NCBI GenBank assembly: GCA_000708835.1
Contig: DF237244.1
Coordinates: 1-64,000 of the forward strand
Direction: 5' to 3'
Length of the DNA stretch: 64,000 bases
Source: Klebsormidium nitens
Lineage: Eukaryota; Plantae; Klebsormidiophyceae
Below, in pieces: positions 22,850 through 34,829 of this stretch. The translations under genes were made by a program, and so were the position numbers. Each line of letters opens with the position of its first letter. Position 1 is the stretch's first letter. The notes under the pieces were generated by a model. The model had not been told where the DNA came from and did not search any database. It saw only the letters and a program-made list of their open reading frames with translations.

Positions 22850-24172
22850 TGTTTCTTGTTCCCCGTAACGTAGTTGTGAATGAATACTAAGTGCTAACAA
22901 CACCGATGATTTTGCAACTGAGAAGAACAAGCAAGCTACACCGAAGAGATGACACATGAGGGACAAGTTGTCACTCGTGAGTGTTTTTTGAGAAGCCACC
23001 GAGTGGCTAGCCAGGCCTGTCAAAGAAAAGGGTTGCATGGGAGGTCTCACTTCTTTTTGAGAAGAGAGCACTTCCCTTTGCTCTGCTCTCCTCCGCCTGG
23101 GGTGGTCCTCCTGCGAGCTGGATTGCAATTCAATGTCCTGCAGAGGCCCACGTCCAAGTTGATCAGGACTGGCATGGCTGAGTCTTTGGCAAGGGTGATG
23201 TGTCTGTTCTTGCCTGGTCCTGATAGTATCGCAAGATACTCGTCTGCTCTGTCCACCTGACTCTGTGCTTGCAGTCCTTTTATAGAAACTCCTCTCTTGG
23301 CGATGCAATTCCCTGCTTCTGTCACCAGCTGCAAGGTATGTGTGTTTATGAAGTGACTGGGATAGGGTTTCCACAAGCAGACCCTGATGAGCTTATTCTA
23401 TGCCTGCAGCCTTCTCATGAAAAAACCTCTCTTGGTGGAGCACTTCCTTGGGGTAGTCTACCCCTGCCTATGTCACCTGCTACAGAGCATGCTTAATTTT
23501 AAGCGACTTGTTAAGAGGGAAGGTTTACAAAGAGTTTTCAATATATGAAAACCCGACCCCAAGACCTGGTAAATGCCTAGAACGCTGCCTACCTGGCGAC
23601 CCCTGACAGCCTGTAGAGATGCTTCTGAAGGGTGTCTGAATTGTTCCTGTCTCATCCTGACCTGAAACGCTTGCCAAGCTGGGCTATGCTCGTCTCCAAT
23701 GGCCATTGTCTTTCACAAGAACACGTTGATTTGAAAACACAGCTCTCTGCTTCAAAGTTCACAGTTTCTCGGCGCCATGAATTTTCCTGAGAGCGCGAAG
23801 AGCGCGTAACAGGGATTTCCCCAAGCCGCGGCCTGATCTATCCTTGCAATGGCAACAATGGTCTGCGGTAGGCAAGGTATGTTTTTGGAAGGTTGTGCAG
23901 TGTCTGGTCGGTTATGTCCACGCTGGAACCTCGGGATGAAGGGTTCAAAAAAGGCGGGAACCTTTCGGTCGACCGGCCGCCCGCTGGTGGAGGCAGGTAC
24001 TTACGGTACATTGTATGGCAGACTGTTGGTACCGCGAATGTACCGGGTACCTTTATGGGGCAAATCCAGTAATCGGCTGGCGACCGTGGTGTACCGGGCG
24101 ATCTCCTTGGGGCATTTTTTGACGATGCGGTGCTCGGTTGGTACCGCGGCCTGACCCCGGCATGTTGGACCT

Positions 24173-24315
24173 GGGGGCGCAACAAACCCTGCCGCCTTGG
24201 GTGCGCACCAAACCCTGCCGCCTTGGGTGCGCAACAAACCCTGCCGCCTTGGGTGCGCACCAAACCCCGCCGCCTTTGGGTGCGCAACACAAACCCTGCC
24301 ACCTTTGGTGCTCAA
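24173..24315. repeat. 26-bp minisatellite, ~5.5 copies (aaaccctgccgccttgggtgcgca(a/c)c)
   Basis: Read directly. Confidence 0.9.
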
Positions 24316-26200
24316 AAATAAGGCACTGCTAGTTGAACTTGGATCTGAGGTTCCCGGGTACCCAAGCCGTTGGTATGAGCCTAGGACTCACGTAAAGTGC
24401 CCAGCAGTAACTTTGCGAGTGTATTTAGGGCACGTTCAGTGGTACCGGGTTCGGTTCGGACGTGGCAATGGGGTCCGAAATTTGCGAGAGGGGTCAGTCT
24501 GGGGGTCTGTGCCCGGTAGGTAGAGTTGGGTTTGAGGTTCCGCCGAGTGCGGCGCGAGTGAAATCGTTACGGGTTGCTGTGTAACCGAGGTCTAACCTGG
24601 TCCAGAATTCGGCCCGCAAGTGTTTTCCGAGTCAAAATCAATGTTGTCAGGGGGGCCCATCGGACGGTGGAGAAAATTCCGGAGGCTTCTACCGGGCCGT
24701 CAGATAACTCCGATTTCACCAGTCCCTAATAGCCATACAATCAGGCGTACAATCACATATCATTCATAAGAAATGGCCTGATTGTATAAGATTGTACCAT
24801 CCATGGCCCGGCCACATACAATCCGGTGACTAAGGACATGACTGCGATCGTCAGAAAGAATCTCAAGAAAATCCCGACTTCCAATATTGATTGGTCAATG
24901 TTGCGGACTCCGGAGGCTGGAGCGACACAGTTAATCATAAATCTGTCAGCGCCAAACCCGGTGTTCGAGCTGGTAACATCCGCTAACGTCAGTCGATGGG
25001 TAGGTACCAAGAGAGTTTTCGACGGAACCTAGGTAAGGCTACACAATCTCGGGCAGTTTCGACAACCCCGTCGAAACCAGAAATTGTGGCAGAGATCTGG
25101 CGGCCGACAAAAATTCACTTTTGTCGTTTCTGGCGGCACTGGAACAGAATCCAGATCATGATGCTGAATGCAGCTAATGCCCTCTGTCAGTGTAGGGCCA
25201 CAGTAGGCTGCACTCCTACCTACCGTAGTCCAACGTGATCATTCCGAAGACGTAGGTACGTAAGTTTGCTAGTCTTACAATATGCGTCATTGATGATGTC
25301 ACACAGGGTTAACCTCCTAACGCACACTGAAACCCTAAGGGTAAACATTGAGCAGTAACCCGGTTTTTGACAAACCCTAAGGCGTTCCGCCAGAGCGCAC
25401 CCTTACCCACCCTAACCCCCCAGCTAACCCCACCAAGATCACAGGTTTGCCCTCATTGACCGGAATTTGCCCCGAGCACTTCACCGCACCCGGTGAAACC
25501 TGGCGGTACCAACCTTAACTACAGGTATCGTACCCCACCACTGGTATCGCTGATGTCACCGATGACGTACTTCTGAAGACTAGCAAAGTTATGTAGTCTG
25601 CTGATTCCGAACGACTTTTCCAAGTAATATTTTCCAACAATCCGACCAGGAATGCCGAATTACTTATGCGGATTCCGATCAGAATCCGATTGCCCTATGT
25701 TCCTACTTCAAGATGCATTTTAGGGCTGATTTGGGCAGTTTATTGCCTTCAGAGAACCATTTCAGAATTATTTAACCTTTCCGAATTTCCACTTTCCGAA
25801 CGGGAAATCTGAATTTCTGACTTTCCGAATGCAAATAATTATTTATTTATTCGGATTCATTACCTTGGACTACGGTACTTCTCTTGAGATCAGGCAGGTA
25901 GACTGTGCTGCACATTGAACTGATCTTGCCATCTTTGTCAAACCACCTTCAGCGCGTGGCAGTTCCTGGGGCGAAGGCGAAAAACACATTGTTTCTAACA
26001 GAAGCTCTTGCAGCTTATCGACGCTGCAGAGCGGTTCCTGCGGCGTTTCCCCCCCCTGAAAATCGATACACAGTTCACAAAACCTAAGCAGGCTGCGCGG
26101 GCGTGGCTGGTCAAAAGATCTGCAGAAAGAAAGGCTGAAACAAGGTGTGCACTAGCTGCATATATCGAAACACAGAGGGAGCTTAGAGACAAACGCAGCG

Positions 26201-29200
26201 ATGGCAAGCAGGGCGTGCTTGATGGTGGTACTTAGTGCAGCGCTGATGAGCTTGGTCCAGGGTAAGTCATCTCTTCTGCATTGAGTTGTAGGTTGTTTTG
26301 CAGCTCCTTGATTTCCAGCTGCTCTGATTGCAGTCTGCTTTTAGTTGGTGATTATTTCTATCTTGAAGGAAACAGGTTGCCCGCAAGAACCACAACAGTG
26401 AGCAAAACGAAGACGCCTTCTAGAATCTGTACGGCTGCCGGACAAGTACGGCTTTTCTTCAGCGGACTGCCAGCATAGCTTTGCTGGTTGTTTCATTTCT
26501 TGCAAGCAATAAAAGGGGAATAGAAGCGTCCAGATCTGAAACTCTTTTCTAGATCTCGCAGAAGCTGTTGGGCAATAGTCTAGTTCTTCTAAGGCTCTCC
26601 TGGATACTACAAATCTGTGCTCCTTGTGCTACTCCTACCCCCTGTCTATGGTTGTGCCAGATTTTGGGCTTCTTTTAAATTGAATACGAACTTACTGTTG
26701 CACAAACTGTATGCTGGAGCCCAAACCAAAGAGTACACATACTGGCCTTGATTGCTGGAGCCTATATGAATGAAGATTCACATTCTGGCCTCATTGTCTG
26801 GTCCTACGTTTCAACACATATGTGTGTATACACGTATTCGAAGGTGCCAAGATATGGTGTGCTCTGACGGTGGCACCTTAAAATAAGCCTCATATTGAAG
26901 CTGTCTGTTTATAAGAAGTAAGTTGGTAATGGTTTGCTCTCGGGATGTGAATCTTTCATAACAGCGTGTGCCATTGAGGCTCCTGAGACGCTGTACTCGG
27001 GTTTGTCGTGTAATGCGCTCTTGGCGCACCTGAAGGTTCTATTGAGGCCACTGGCCCTCTCGTGCAATGAGGATGTCATCAGGTCTAGGTCAGTTGCAAC
27101 ATCCTTGAAAGAATTTGAAGGCGGGCTAAATAAGCTGACCAAGCCAACAGTTTTAAATGACGTGGTATTCTTGTCACGCTGTTGCAGTTCACGTTGCTTT
27201 TCGATTCTTATGCACGCTTTTCCTGTAAAATATCTGTTTGTGGGCGACCATATTCAATTCGTGGCTTTAACCTGGATTTCACGCCTTTTAGCAGAGGCCC
27301 CCTATCCTCTCCTCAAATTTCAACACAAAATGCAAATGTCTGTTGGTTTCTGGAAGTTCCAGCAATCTCTCGGTTCTCGATGCACTACCAGTACTTGCAC
27401 CGGTTGCTGCTTGTCTCTTGCTTCAGTTTCCGGCCTCAAGTTCAGGTCGAGATAGCTGTTCGCAAGACATTTTCGACAGTTTCTGGTGAAACGAGGTCGG
27501 AATGGTTTATGTGACACGGGAAGCGCTTGTGGCAGCTGCCTAAACGTGCGTTTTGTGAGGGCACGGTTTGGCCAGTGATCATGGCAGGCTTAATCTCCCA
27601 TTGTATTTTTATGTGTGTCTCGGTGGTCTAATGTTCGTATTTGTGGTTTGGTTTGGCACTGAAGGCTGTTAGGTGTTTGCCTTGGAGACAATAGGGGTTG
27701 ACGTATGTGTTCACATCTTCAGTGGATCTTGGAGAGAGGCCCTAACCGACACGAGTAGTTCAGGGGCTGGGCCTGGAGTGGAACTTGACGCGCTTCATTG
27801 GCACGATCATACTCAGTCAATCAGAAATCCAATGTGCAGTAAGCATACAACGAGTATTGCAGAAACTGTCTGCCCCACCTTTGTGTAGGAAATTAAAGCA
27901 AGGGGTTTGCCAAGCAAAGCGACACCTAAAACGACGTGGTCTTCCTTTTTTCCAGCTCAACCTGCTATCCAGTCTGTACAGAGACTATGTTTCTAACACT
28001 ACGTTTCTTATCTTGCCCGACCGCTTCGAACGTCTTTTTGACACTTTTCTCCAAAGTTCGGCCTTCTTGCCACCCCTGTGACCACTCTGCTCCGGTGTCT
28101 CCATATTCAGCAACAGCGAGCCACCTGCTCACTTATCATCATCGAAGGTCATTGCACAAGACAATTGCAGCAAAGATGAAGGAGTATTCAACCCGCCTGT
28201 CCTGTTGTGCAGGCCAAGGTTACTACATTCCGGCCTCCAATCTCAACATCGCCCCCTCACCTCTCACCCCTTTCCTCAACCTGAGCGGTTTCATCTACGT
28301 ACCTGGCCCCTCTCAGGCCCCCACCATCCCGGTTCCGGTGCAGCAGGGCCTCCTGGCGTGCGGGTCTCCTTCGGTGAGCTTCTCCTTTTGACAGTCGATC
28401 TGATGCAAGCACAGTTTGTGGAGTTCTGAAAAAATGGACGTGCCTTTCACACACACCTTACGGAAGTTAGGCGATTTTTCTGTATGTTCGGAAGTTTGTT
28501 GGGGTTTATCAAACGTGTATCAGCGCGCGCTCACCGGTAAAAAACGATCATTCGATGAAGCTCTAGTCGACGGTGTTTATTCATTCCTGATTGTTCCCTC
28601 TGGGCGGCCGGTCCATGGTTATTTCTATAACTGGGGCTGCGCTCGTGTGGGGTTGGGTCAAAGGGGAAGCAAACGTTTGGCCAGCTTGGGGCATGCGTCG
28701 CAATGGAAACATATCCTGGAAAACTAGAGTGTATCCCGTTTTGTGTGTTAAGAATGCATATTGGTTGATGGGGGGGTTTCGTTATGTCCTAGGTTCCCAC
28801 CTTTGCTTCAGATTCCGAAACTTGCTTTTCTGATGCTTCCAAGGTTAGGGCTCGTTGCAAAGCCAATTCGGGTTATAATCTTTGCTTGATTCTTACTTGC
28901 ATGAGTGCATCTTTCATCCGGGCCGCTTCGTCAGCTGTGAAAGTATTAAATGGAAGGATCAGTCTGTCCTTTTCTACAACCGTATTAAAGAAGCTGTCCT
29001 CTTGTTGCAACCAAGCCCATATGGCAGGCTTCGTGATAGCCTGCTTCAAAGGTTGTGTAGCACTTCACGTGGGTGTGCCTATTTGAGGGCAGGGGCGCAT
29101 TTGTTGCGCCTTTTCCTGCGTGCGAGATTCGGGGAAATTTCAGACATCATTCGCTGGGGGTTGTCGAGTCGCGACTATGTTCGCTACTCGGGAACAAAAT

Positions 29201-29952
29201 ATTTGAGCGTAGTTTTCGTTCCAGTGGATATCCACCGTCTGCACACCCCTGAAGGCAACGATCTCCTGAAAGGTGGAGGTTCTGAGGAGAGCGTTTGAGT
29301 ATGTAGCTTCCCTGCTAACTGTGGTGTTGTTTTGCAGAGCGACTCCGCATGCGGCCTGTCGACCACCGTGCAGGCCTTCTGCTCTGCAGCATGCGGGATT
29401 CAGTATGACGCCTTTGTCAACTGTACGCAGATTGTCTATTCAAACAACAATTATCCGGTGAGTTGGCCTGAATGTAGGCGGCCATTGAAGGAGGGGGAGC
29501 AGGCTGTCAAATCGTTTCAAAATGGTGTCTTCTCATGATTGCTGCACTTCGTTGTTACTTTTAGTCCTATCTGTTGTCTACTCATCCGGGGACGTTTGGA
29601 AATCTGAACTGTTTCAGAGCATCGTCGAACGCTTCAGTGCCTCAGGTGCGAGGTCAGCTGTCAAGTGCTTCGGTTTGAGCCTAGCAAGGTGCTGGAACTT
29701 GGTTGCTTATTGTTCCTATCCGCCTCTGCTTCTGTTGAATGCGATCTCCTGTCCCCACTGCAGGCACCGAATGTCACCGATGCTTCTCGTCAGGCGGAGC
29801 TAAGGAAACAATTTTGTGCGCAACACCCAACCATAAACACGACGCTCAGTGACGTACCAATTAACGTCAGCGGCGGGCTGCGGGCATCTCCCACCTGGGA
29901 ACTTTTGGTTCTTGTTGGCACTCTAGTCGCTGCGCTGTGCCTGCTGTCTTAG
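26201..29952 (+). CDS. Secreted, probably GPI-anchored Cys-containing glycoprotein (176 aa, 4 exons)
   Basis: Exons 26201-26261, 28213-28373, 29338-29457, 29764-29952 join in phase via GT-AG; signal peptide MASRACLMVVLSAALMSLVQG; hydrophobic C-tail LLVLVGTLVAALCLLS; several NxS/T sites. Confidence 0.75.
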
Positions 29953-31459
29953 TAAATTATTCGAAGTCGCCACCCATTGTCGCCAACGATGCATCACAGG
30001 GCTTGCACGAGTTGCTATCAACGGAATTCAAGGGAATCCGCATTAGTGTCACGCTAGTATTAGACAGGCTTTCGCAAGGGGACTTTCGCAAAAGGCCATC
30101 GTACTTGATGATGATGATGTACCATATTACTAAGTCAAGCTAGTCAAGGTGGACCCGGCACGATTTGGTCCTTAAAACCACTCAGGTTGCAGCTACAGGT
30201 TGAGAGCCGTCATGGCACGGGATAATGAGTCAGCATTTGTTAGATTCTTGGTGGCAGGGGTGCGATTGATTTGTTTCCAATTGACTGAACTTGTTTTGCT
30301 TGAAGCGTTTGAGCTGGCAATTGTCAAGCCTCTCCACTTTCAATCTGGACTTGCTGAGATCGAATTCACATATTCTCTGGTTGGCCATCGGTCGTGGTCG
30401 AAGTCTCTACAAACCTGCAGAAGCTACTTTTTTCGCTACTTCCTCATGGCTAGGTTGGGAGAGCTCAGCATGTGCAGCCATAAAATGGTGCGCCATCCTA
30501 AGGCTCGCGCCGCTCGGAACCATAAAAATGTGCGCAGATCTAACGCTCACGCCGTTCGGAACAACACCGAATGCACCGTGACTGGCGCAATTGGAAGCAC
30601 ACATACACTTCGTTGCGCGCAGTGGCCAGCTATTTATTGTACCCATTAAGTTTATGCGCACTGTCATGCCATGTTTGATGCACGGACATCTGCCAGCTGC
30701 ATGGCTCTCAGCCCGTGCATATGGCAATTTATATGATGATCGATCACATCGATATGACACGCAATTTTTACAATCTACTTCGAGCATCGCCTGAGCACCA
30801 AACCCCTTCTAGGACATGCCATTATGCTAAGGTAGACATTTTCCAGATCAAATTCCTTGATTCAGTAAGATATTGCCGAATACACCACAATTCAAGTTTC
30901 AAGGCTACCTGCAAAGTATGCATGGGTAGACAACTTGACCCCAGACCGTATAACCTCCGGCCAAAGGAGAAAGACCTGACCGACTGCATGACAATTGTCA
31001 AGTTTCTCGAGTTCTTTAAGAAAGTACTGAGGTTGAACTCACGGCATCCCTAATACTTAACAAAGCAAGGGCCGGCCATGTTATCATGCAAATAATGAGA
31101 ATAAGTTTGCCAGGCAATTGTCTTCAGTCGTCGAAAAATAGTGAGTGTCCATATCGACATGCAGGGCGTTGCCTTCGTGTGAAATATTTGATCTGCGACA
31201 GGACATCATGACCTCAAGTCTATGTTCCTGCAAAGACGAGGAGAAGAGAGGAACTCCATCAATGTTGGCTTTGGCACTGGAATGAAAATTGCCACTTTAG
31301 GTACTGATTGAACAAATTCGTCCATTGCAGGCGGTGATATGCCCAGTGATGATATGAAAGAGAGAGCAATATTCTGAATACCTTGACCAACAACCAAAAG
31401 CAGACCTGATTCAAAAGGGAGGTGATAGCCTGCATTGGAGCACATAATTGCGGGCTCAC

Positions 31460-33686
31460 TTTTCGGCGCCCTCTTGACGGAGCGCGTCCACCTTTTCCTC
31501 CAACACTTGACATGCAGCGGAGATGTCGAGATTCTTTCGAACAAGCTCCAGCCATTGGCTCGACAACCTGTCAATCTCAAAGGCTGCCGACTCCTGCACA
31601 AAGTCAGCAAAGGATCAGAGACGTTCCGGCAGCCCTCCAACCCTCGACTTCGCATCCGACTACAGCAAAAGGTCAAATTCACAACGGGCTTTTGGTGTTG
31701 GCATTTCTGCCTTGTGCAACATCCTTGAAGCCGGATGCCAGTTGCAAATGAACCTGAAAGGTCAGATGGAACTTCTCTGCTTCGGCTGCGATAGGAAAAC
31801 AAACGCCTTTGAAGCATGCCAGCCGCCTGATCAAATCCGCAAAATCGACTCGAGGACAGGATATGGTGAGAACTGAGCAGACGTCTTTCGAGAAGAAGAC
31901 GAGGTAAGATAAGAGCTGATACAAACACTCGCACTTAAGCTAGTCAAAACTGGTTTGAAAGGCAGCAGGACCATGTTGTTGCAGCCCTGGCGTCGCTTTT
32001 GAAATCGAAGGCAGTACTTACTTGTGTTGACTTCCGCTGCTTGTTGGTTGTGTCAATCTCGTCCCGATACGCTTCTTGAATGCCTTGTAGCCTGCACGAG
32101 TAAGAATTTGAATCTTATTGCCTTCTGTCTTTCCTCCATCAACTTTTTCGAAGTTTTCGAAGTTTTCGAACTTCAGCTCCCAACCTACCAACGTCAAGAA
32201 CGTCCACAAGTCTATCTGCACCTTTACGTGAAAATCGCTCATCATTGAAACAACATCCAGACTGACCATTTCTGGCTACGAAGTTGACCAAACCTCTGTG
32301 GATCAGATGGGGGGCAGAGGCACTCTCCATCGACTAGCAGACAAGGTGTTTGAAGGAACCCAAATCGTATATTTTGCGGCACCATTCTGAAGCTTGCTTG
32401 GAATGAGGTGAAGCGCAGCTCATAAGAGCCTGAGAGTAGTATTAGACCAATTTGTGTAGACCCAAAGAATTTGAACTTCAAGCTGTAGAAGCTCAACCCA
32501 GCTGCAGCTATCTAACCCGTCATTTCGGGTTCCGACAAGCATGAACAGAAGTGGCGGGACCTCACCTAGTGCTGGTTGCATCTAGATGCTGGTTGTGAGT
32601 GAGCCACGCATTGGCGCCATACTTCAACATTAGGTCCAGATTTTCTATCCTGCACGAAGGGAAGGTTGAAAAACTCTGTCAACTTTTGCAAGCGCAACAG
32701 ATACAGAGATCCCATTGCTCACACATGACCTGCGGAGAAGCAAACGTCCTCTCTGTCAAGCTTCTCAGATTGATATCAATGGACACAACTAGCAACGCCT
32801 GCAGTAAGGCGCTGTTCATCGACCACCACAATCATAAGCAGCTCTGGAAAGCACAAAGAGTGCCCAACCAGAGCCAGAAGGTTGCGAAGCATGGAGCAGC
32901 GATGTAACGCAGCAGCAGGTGCAATCGAGGTAATACTTGAAACTGCACCGCAGCGACCTAGCGGCCTGAAACCTCACCTAATTTCTTGGTGTCGGAGCTG
33001 CGCCTGAGCGTTTGCCACCGCCGACCGCCAAGCTGCCAAATCCCCCTGCCGGCTCTTGATGGGGGGGTCCACTTTGTACCGAGAATTATCCAGGGGAATT
33101 GGAGGCTTGCCGGCCTTCACCCGCTCATACTCCTTGGCCAACAAGGGACAGTTCTGAAAAGGGCAAGTGGTGGTCATAATTCTCGAAGATAGAGGTTGTC
33201 ACGAGGATTGTGCAGCGAAACGCGACTGATTAATGCAACAAACTGCTGCCTTTTGATCTACAAGTTGATTGCTTCCTCTTAGCATGGTAATGGGCCTGCT
33301 TTTTCAAAGACCTTGCGCCGACTCCTTGAATGCTTGCCACCGGAAGTGACAATCATCAGTCCCATTACCCTCCCGCGCTTTCAACACTCCAAAATAAGCT
33401 CTCTCGGAATGGGCCACTGCTCCAGTCCTGCCAAAATAAACGTCCTCACCTCAAAATTCAATGTTGGGGCGGGCGGGAGCTCTGCTAGGTAATCTGCCGG
33501 TTTCTTTGTGCTGCGCTTCATTTCATCGGCAATCATTCTTTCCACCTCCTTCTTCCAACTCTGATCTGTGACTCCTTGCATGTCAATGTACGGCAGGGCA
33601 TCAATGTCCTCGTCCATTTGACCCCGCCGCCATGACCGACCACCTTCAAGCTGAAGCGGGCCATCCTGTGCAGGGGCGGCCTCCAT
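31460..33686 (-). CDS. SPF27: Pre-mRNA splicing factor SPF27/BCAS2/MOS4 (last exon not resolved)
   Basis: Exons encode IDALPYID, RYKVDPP..AWRSAVANAQAQLRHQ, IENLDLMLKYGANAW, EIDTTNKQRKSTQ, WLELVRKNLDISAAC. Confidence 0.88.
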
Positions 33687-34829
33687 TGCAGGGGGCGCCT
33701 TTGGAAACCTGATTTCCACAATTCCGGAGCAAAACGAAGGAACAGAAGGAATGTTTCTGCGGCAGCTCTAAAAAGTCGCCTTTCTTGCGAGGAAAATGTG
33801 TGTGCTCCCCCTGTGGCATGTGCTTGAAATTGCCTCTCAAGACTATGCAGTGGTAATAGGGTTTCGTTTTGTTCCCTTTCAATATTGTTTAGGGTTTTAA
33901 ATTTTCCATTTGCTGCACCACATTTTAGCCTTATGTATTCAAGTCCATGTGCATTCAACTCCTCAAACAAGAGAGAAGAGAAGACGCAATGCACGAAAGT
34001 GGAGAGAGCTGCGCAGGTTGCAACAACATCAGTATGTAAGATCTTAGCTCTTAAAATGCACTCATTGATTTGAATGCAGCTTCCGTGCTGAGGGACTGAT
34101 AGGCAAGCGTCAAATTTGCCTCAAACTACAGCAAATACCCACCACAACTTCTGATAAAGCGTGGTGCATCGCACCCTGAACTGAGAAGGTGAGAAATGGA
34201 AAGCATTTCTCCGGGGGAGCGGGATGTCTGTTTCGAAAGGCTGGCGGTCAGCAAATACTTTCATCGAAAGTCTACTTTTGTTGTAAACACCAGAATTTTT
34301 ATCGTGCTTAAAGCATGGGGGGTTTGTGGTCCTATCCTAGAGTGCAATCTGCAAACGACAAATGCTGAAGGCACAGGATTTTACACCGTAGATGATGTCA
34401 CGACTCAGGTCGCAACGAGCCTAATGCGTTTCAAAAGGTGTAAACAGGCACTCACACTAATATAATTGTACTAGTTGTCTCCGAGACTGATATATGCTAA
34501 ACCTTCTCATAAGTTTCCTCGTCGCTTTTTGAAAGTTTTAAATGCAGATATGTTGATGACATTTTCTTCTCGAGGCCCTTGTATACCGCATCTTCTTAGA
34601 TCTGCCTAATGCCCCTGCCGATCAACATACCACTCTTCTCTTCTCTCCCATGCAAGATGCTCCATGCACGAAATTTTCCCTTGGAGGAAGATGCATACCT
34701 GAAGCAGCTGATTGGGTGCATCAAGTAATGCACGGAAGCCATGTGTAACTCTGTACTAAGAGCGTTTGTCTGCTCCAGGCAGGGACCAAAGCTGCCATTG
34801 ACGTCACAAGGGAGGGCGGGCCAGAAATG

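Larger units (their letters stand above)
15395..22850. mobile_element. Endogenous virus-like or self-replicating element remnant (nuclease + primase-helicase); ends not defined
   Basis: D5 primase-helicase is a hallmark of NCLDV and Polinton-like elements; no capsid, polymerase, integrase or terminal inverted repeat recognised in the window. Confidence 0.55.

Noticed and set aside
22860-23710. First exon(s) of the primase-helicase
   Set aside because: Several candidate splice sites and frames (e.g. 23047-23376) but no unambiguous in-phase model
24173-24315. CRISPR-like array
   Set aside because: Head-to-tail 26-bp units with no unique spacers, no cas genes, eukaryotic context
15240-24400. 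Complete Polinton/virophage or giant-virus genome
   Set aside because: No capsid, packaging ATPase, DNA polymerase B, integrase or terminal inverted repeats recognised
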